NCBI GenBank assembly: GCA_017654855.1
Contig: CM030332.1
Span: 3,100,001-3,164,000, forward strand
From: Podospora anserina
Lineage: Eukaryota
Direction of reading: 5' to 3'
DNA length: 64,000 nt
How positions within the stretch are numbered: position 1 is the first letter of the stretch; every line of letters begins with the position of its first letter. The position numbers and the translations under genes are program-made. The notes beneath the pieces were generated by a model. The model saw only the letters and a list, made by a program, of their open reading frames with translations. It had not been told where the DNA came from and made no database searches. Shown here one piece after another: positions 60,201 through 64,000 of this stretch.

Positions 60201-63200
60201 TTGGCCATTGTTGGATGGTGGGAAAATGCAACGGTCTCTGTAAAGCTGGACGGAGAGCCGGGAACCCCAAACCGGGCCGATCGGGAAGACAAGAAGGCTT
60301 CAGGATTGATGATCTGAGGCTTGGGAACTCGGCATGCTGGAGAATAATAATTGGAAATTGGCGCAGACATGTCCACACTCCACACTTCGACGTCGTTGAT
60401 GGTAGTCTCGAAACACGTGAGTGAGATATAATCGGGAACGAAGCAGCCACATCCGGAACAGCGGGACTAGGCAGCGGCCCCTGCTTCGAGATCTTATCGT
60501 GGTCTGTGCTTCCCCCAGAGGAGTTTTAGTAGTGATCAAAGCTTTTATTAGGGACCTGGATTCCACTGTTTCTCGAAGGCTTCACGATGTTCTACTGTAC
60601 ACAGGAGCAGCAATTTTCTCCGATTTGTTGTTCAGCTTTGACTGTCGTGCTTGAAACTGCGTCTGTGGTCTGCGCCTATGGTTCGCAGCGTGTCGTCACC
60701 TTTCGGAGAAAACAAACAGCCTCCACACCAGGAACACCAAACCACCAACAACTGCGCCCCTTGCCAAGGATCACACCTTGAATCTCCGACCACCGGGTTT
60801 GATGCCGTTAGCTCCTGCAACAGACCCAGCAGGTGGTTGTATTTCGCCGACCAAGACCGGCACTGGTTCCCCATCTTGAACCTCGCCATTGGGATATTCA
60901 CAGCTTTGGATGCGTTTATGCGGGTGGCTGGCACCGTCTGAGAAGAAGAGAAAGCTAACAGATTTGAAATGAAGCCCGAAATCCTCCTACCTTAGCACCG
61001 AGCAGCTGTTGTTCGTAAAGTATCAATTTCTGGTTCATGGAAATCAGGTTCGCCGTTCCGATGGGCAGGCAGAGGCATCTGACCATGCAATTGGTGAGAT
61101 TCCCGGATTCGCAACATCCTGGAAGATTAGATACACATACATCCCTCTTCAGACGGCATCTGCACTTCAACCCGCCAACCGCCACCGCTTGGTCGGCCAT
61201 CGAGATCAGACGGTACCTTCATTAACAAGCATGCATGCCGCTAAGGTGCGGGCATCAGGTGCAAATTGCCATTTTGTCCCTTTATACTGGATTCTGTCGA
61301 TGGCCTTCATATTCGATATCACCACCATTTATATAAAAATGGGCGGCAGTGACCTGCTGCCGCGGACCACACGCACATCCTACTCAAGAGGAGCCATGCC
61401 CTTCGCAAGCAACCAATCCGCCGCCTTGCAGCCCGCCTTTCTGCGAGGATACCGGCCCGGAGTCCCGTTCCAAGCGAAATCCTCACCGCATCCGCACCGG
61501 GCCACCCAGGACCTCAACCAGCAGGAATTGCCTTCCCCGCAAAACGCCCAGTTTCCGCAAAACCGCCGTTGATGGTTTCCGATTGCATGCTCCGTCCCGT
61601 TACCCTGTTTCGTCGTGTTCTGTCTCCCTAACGAGTCTCAAACCCACAGCCGGTAAGTGGCTCGTTGTTGCCGGCTTCACCATCATTATGCCCCATTGAT
61701 CAGCACTCGATTGTGGATGCCAGCATACCAGTCTGAAAAAGATACGAGAGGCCATAGATTAGAGGAGGAGAGCTCGTGGGGTTGGTGGCCGGCAACCATC
61801 ATCGTCAAAACTGGACCTCTGTGTTTGTTGTTTCAACACTATTCTCGAGTTTTGACTAATGGGGAAGCCAAGACTCCCCACTTCTTTCGGCCAGGCGCTT
61901 GTTATTATCGGCTTGTCATCGTTGGGCTTTCATCATATTTGCGTTGGCTGGCTCTTCACCGACACCATATTTGTTTCTTCATGATTGAGTTGTAAGAATG
62001 CGGCATTCGCTATTGATTCAACAACTGATTTTTTTTGGGAGTACTACAACACTAAGACGGACCTACCGCCGCATGGACAGGGATCAAGCAATTAAGTCTG
62101 GAGACGCCGTTGCAAAGCCGTCATGGTCGCCACGTTACCTGCCTCCCGCCTGGCTGATCTGCGGAGCCTAGAAACCCACCGCCCGGCGGCATGGGTGTGG
62201 TTGGTGAGCTCGAGGTTGCACGGAATTCCATCCTTGCCTCAAAATCTTTACTTTCTCTATCACAATTTTCATATGACACGGGCTGGCCACGTGCTGACCA
62301 CGATGAAAACAGGGGGGTGTGGCAGAACAGCTGTGTCTAGACCTCAAAGCGGCGTCTCCTGGGGAATTAACTGCGGTGCATCGCGGCAATATCAACAAAA
62401 GTCGTCAACTCGATCCCAGGGACAGTCACGCAGTTTCCTGCTGCTTGGCATCGTTCAGGGATTCAAGATGCCCCAGGCTTGGCCTTGCCAGGGAGCCCAC
62501 AGTTGTTTACACCCCCCACTCGGCCAAATCCCCCCTGCCTGCCTGTCAGAACAAGCGTCTTATGCAATAATCGTTGCGGGTCGTCCTGTCCTTTAAGCTG
62601 GATAGCAAACAATGCTACCGCTCATACGGTCCGTTCCTACCGACATGGCTATTCTCACCCGAGGGCAACAATCAAAAAGATCACGGACAGGTCCCATCAA
62701 GTGACGCGACCGCCCTGATCTCTCACTCCCGTTTCCACTCACACTCCCCACGCTGCGGCGCCGTTCGGACATCCTGGTTGAACCTGGGTGCCTTGCTCTC
62801 ACACGCCCGCCATTGCTCGAGGACGTGACATATACAAGCGGTATCTTTTGGCTGTGATGTCTCCTCAAAGGTTCATCAACCGAGTGTCCCCCCCTCTCAC
62901 AGGGATACCATCCCCCCAAGTCTGGTCCCTACTCCGTTTGTACTCCACGGACCTAACCTCTTCCTTGTAATAACGCCCCATGAGGTCCCCCATTGAGCCG
63001 TTTTCGATATCTCACGGGTAATGTTCGGGAAAGAGACTCGGCCATCTTGATCCCCTTGAGGGTGTTGCCCGACTTATATACGATTCGGTGCTCCCTCTTT
63101 TGCAGTTTGTCCCAAGTGGGAATAAACGAGATAGACAGCCGTGCTGTGACTCTACTTTCTTCGACGCATGATACGAGCTTGATCTTTGATAAGTTCAAGC

Positions 63201-63318
63201 CTCGATCCCCAATCTCGAACCTCTCTCTCATCTTTGTTCCACCCCCTTTCCCAGGCTGGCGTGGCTTCCGTCCCTTTCCCCATTTGGTTCCAGAAGAGTG
63301 AAGAAGAAGAGAGCCAAG

Positions 63319-64000
63319 ATGACGACCATCACGCCCGTGGGGAGCCTTGAAATCAGCCCGGCCACCAGCCCAGGCATTGAAGACCCCAATGCCTCTCCCA
63401 TCGGCAGTATCGATAGCAATGTGACCCCGGACACTGAGTTCTCACCGCCTGACAGCCCGTTTCGGCACCACGCTACCTTAGCTCCCGTCAAGGAGAAGCG
63501 GGAGCTGGCGAGGAAGAAACTTTCGACCTTGACCCTTGAGGAGAAGGTGGGGTCTACCAGTTTTCCAGCGAGAGGACTTTATGCTGACGTCGAACAGGTC
63601 TCCTTGCTAACCGCCGCAGACTTTTGGAGAACCAAGTCGATTCCGGAGAAGAACATTCCTGCAGTGAAGACCAGTGACGGGCCCAATGGTGCTCGTGGTG
63701 GCATTTTCGTGGGTGGAACAAAGGTAGGCTAACGCCCCTGGGGTTGGTTGTCTCCCTCGCTGTTGCGCTAACACTGTTGGCAGGCAGCCCTCTTCCCCTG
63801 CGGCATCTCGCTGGCAGCAACGTGGAACAAGGACATCCTCCGTCAGGTCGGTCAGCACCTTGCTGAGGAGGCGAAGGCTCGTCAGGCCAACATACTGCTT
63901 GCACCTACTGTGTGCATGCACAGACACCCACTTGGTGGAAGGAACTTTGAATCTTTCTCTGAAGACCCCCTTTTGACTGGCAAGCTTGCTGCTCAGTACA
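63319..64000 (+). CDS. Glycoside hydrolase family 3 beta-glucosidase, no signal peptide, truncated by window end (introns 63547-63597, 63724-63783)
   Basis: LTLEEK|VSLLTAADFW, KTSDGPNGARG, AALFPCGISLAATWN, LLAPTVCMHRHPLGGRNFESFSEDPLLTG. Confidence 0.93.

Noticed and set aside
57500-63300. About 6 kb with many short ORFs upstream of the GH3 gene, including vaguely protein-like minus-strand stretches at about 58400-59100
   Set aside because: No recognisable domain, consistent frame, codon bias or repeat termini; treated as intergenic. A decayed gene cannot be excluded without tBLASTx.
44969-64000. cdt-2 plus an intracellular GH3 as a cellodextrin-utilisation cluster
   Set aside because: About 17 kb apart and separated by unrelated housekeeping genes; proximity alone is not evidence.

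Overview
Gene-dense window from a filamentous ascomycete (Sordariomycete/Sordariales; Podospora-like by gene content, short GT-AG introns with CTRAC branch points and RIP-like AT-rich repeat debris; the species is my inference). It holds about 22 protein-coding genes: COQ6, a POD-6/Kic1-type GCK kinase, SUA5, coatomer zeta, MCM4, a Pil1-family eisosome protein, OST1, a BAH-PHD protein of the EPR-1/BP1 type, ATG22, a DUF3602/Par32-like protein, an RBR E3 ligase, SDHAF1/SDH6, a CDT-2-type cellodextrin transporter, MSH3, mitochondrial RRF, a truncated GH3 beta-glucosidase and several hypotheticals. It also has three tRNA genes and a RIP-degraded TA-flanked DNA transposon carrying two nested solo LTRs. 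The most striking signal is that three genes within about 22 kb are long reading frames interrupted only by in-frame TAG codons (5 sites, all TAG followed by three purines). They are an orphan gene at 19478-21433 (two TAGs), the BAH-PHD chromatin reader (a 323-codon C-terminal extension behind two successive TAGs) and a 1048-aa gene with a TAG at codon 8 (38613-41759). This fits sexual-stage A-to-I mRNA editing (UAG to UIG, read as Trp) known from Sordariomycetes. Other notable items: a likely UUG-initiated mitochondrial presequence on SUA5, a 6-nt micro-exon in ATG22, and MCB-like elements upstream of MCM4 and MSH3. All homology calls are from recognising motifs by eye; no database search was run.
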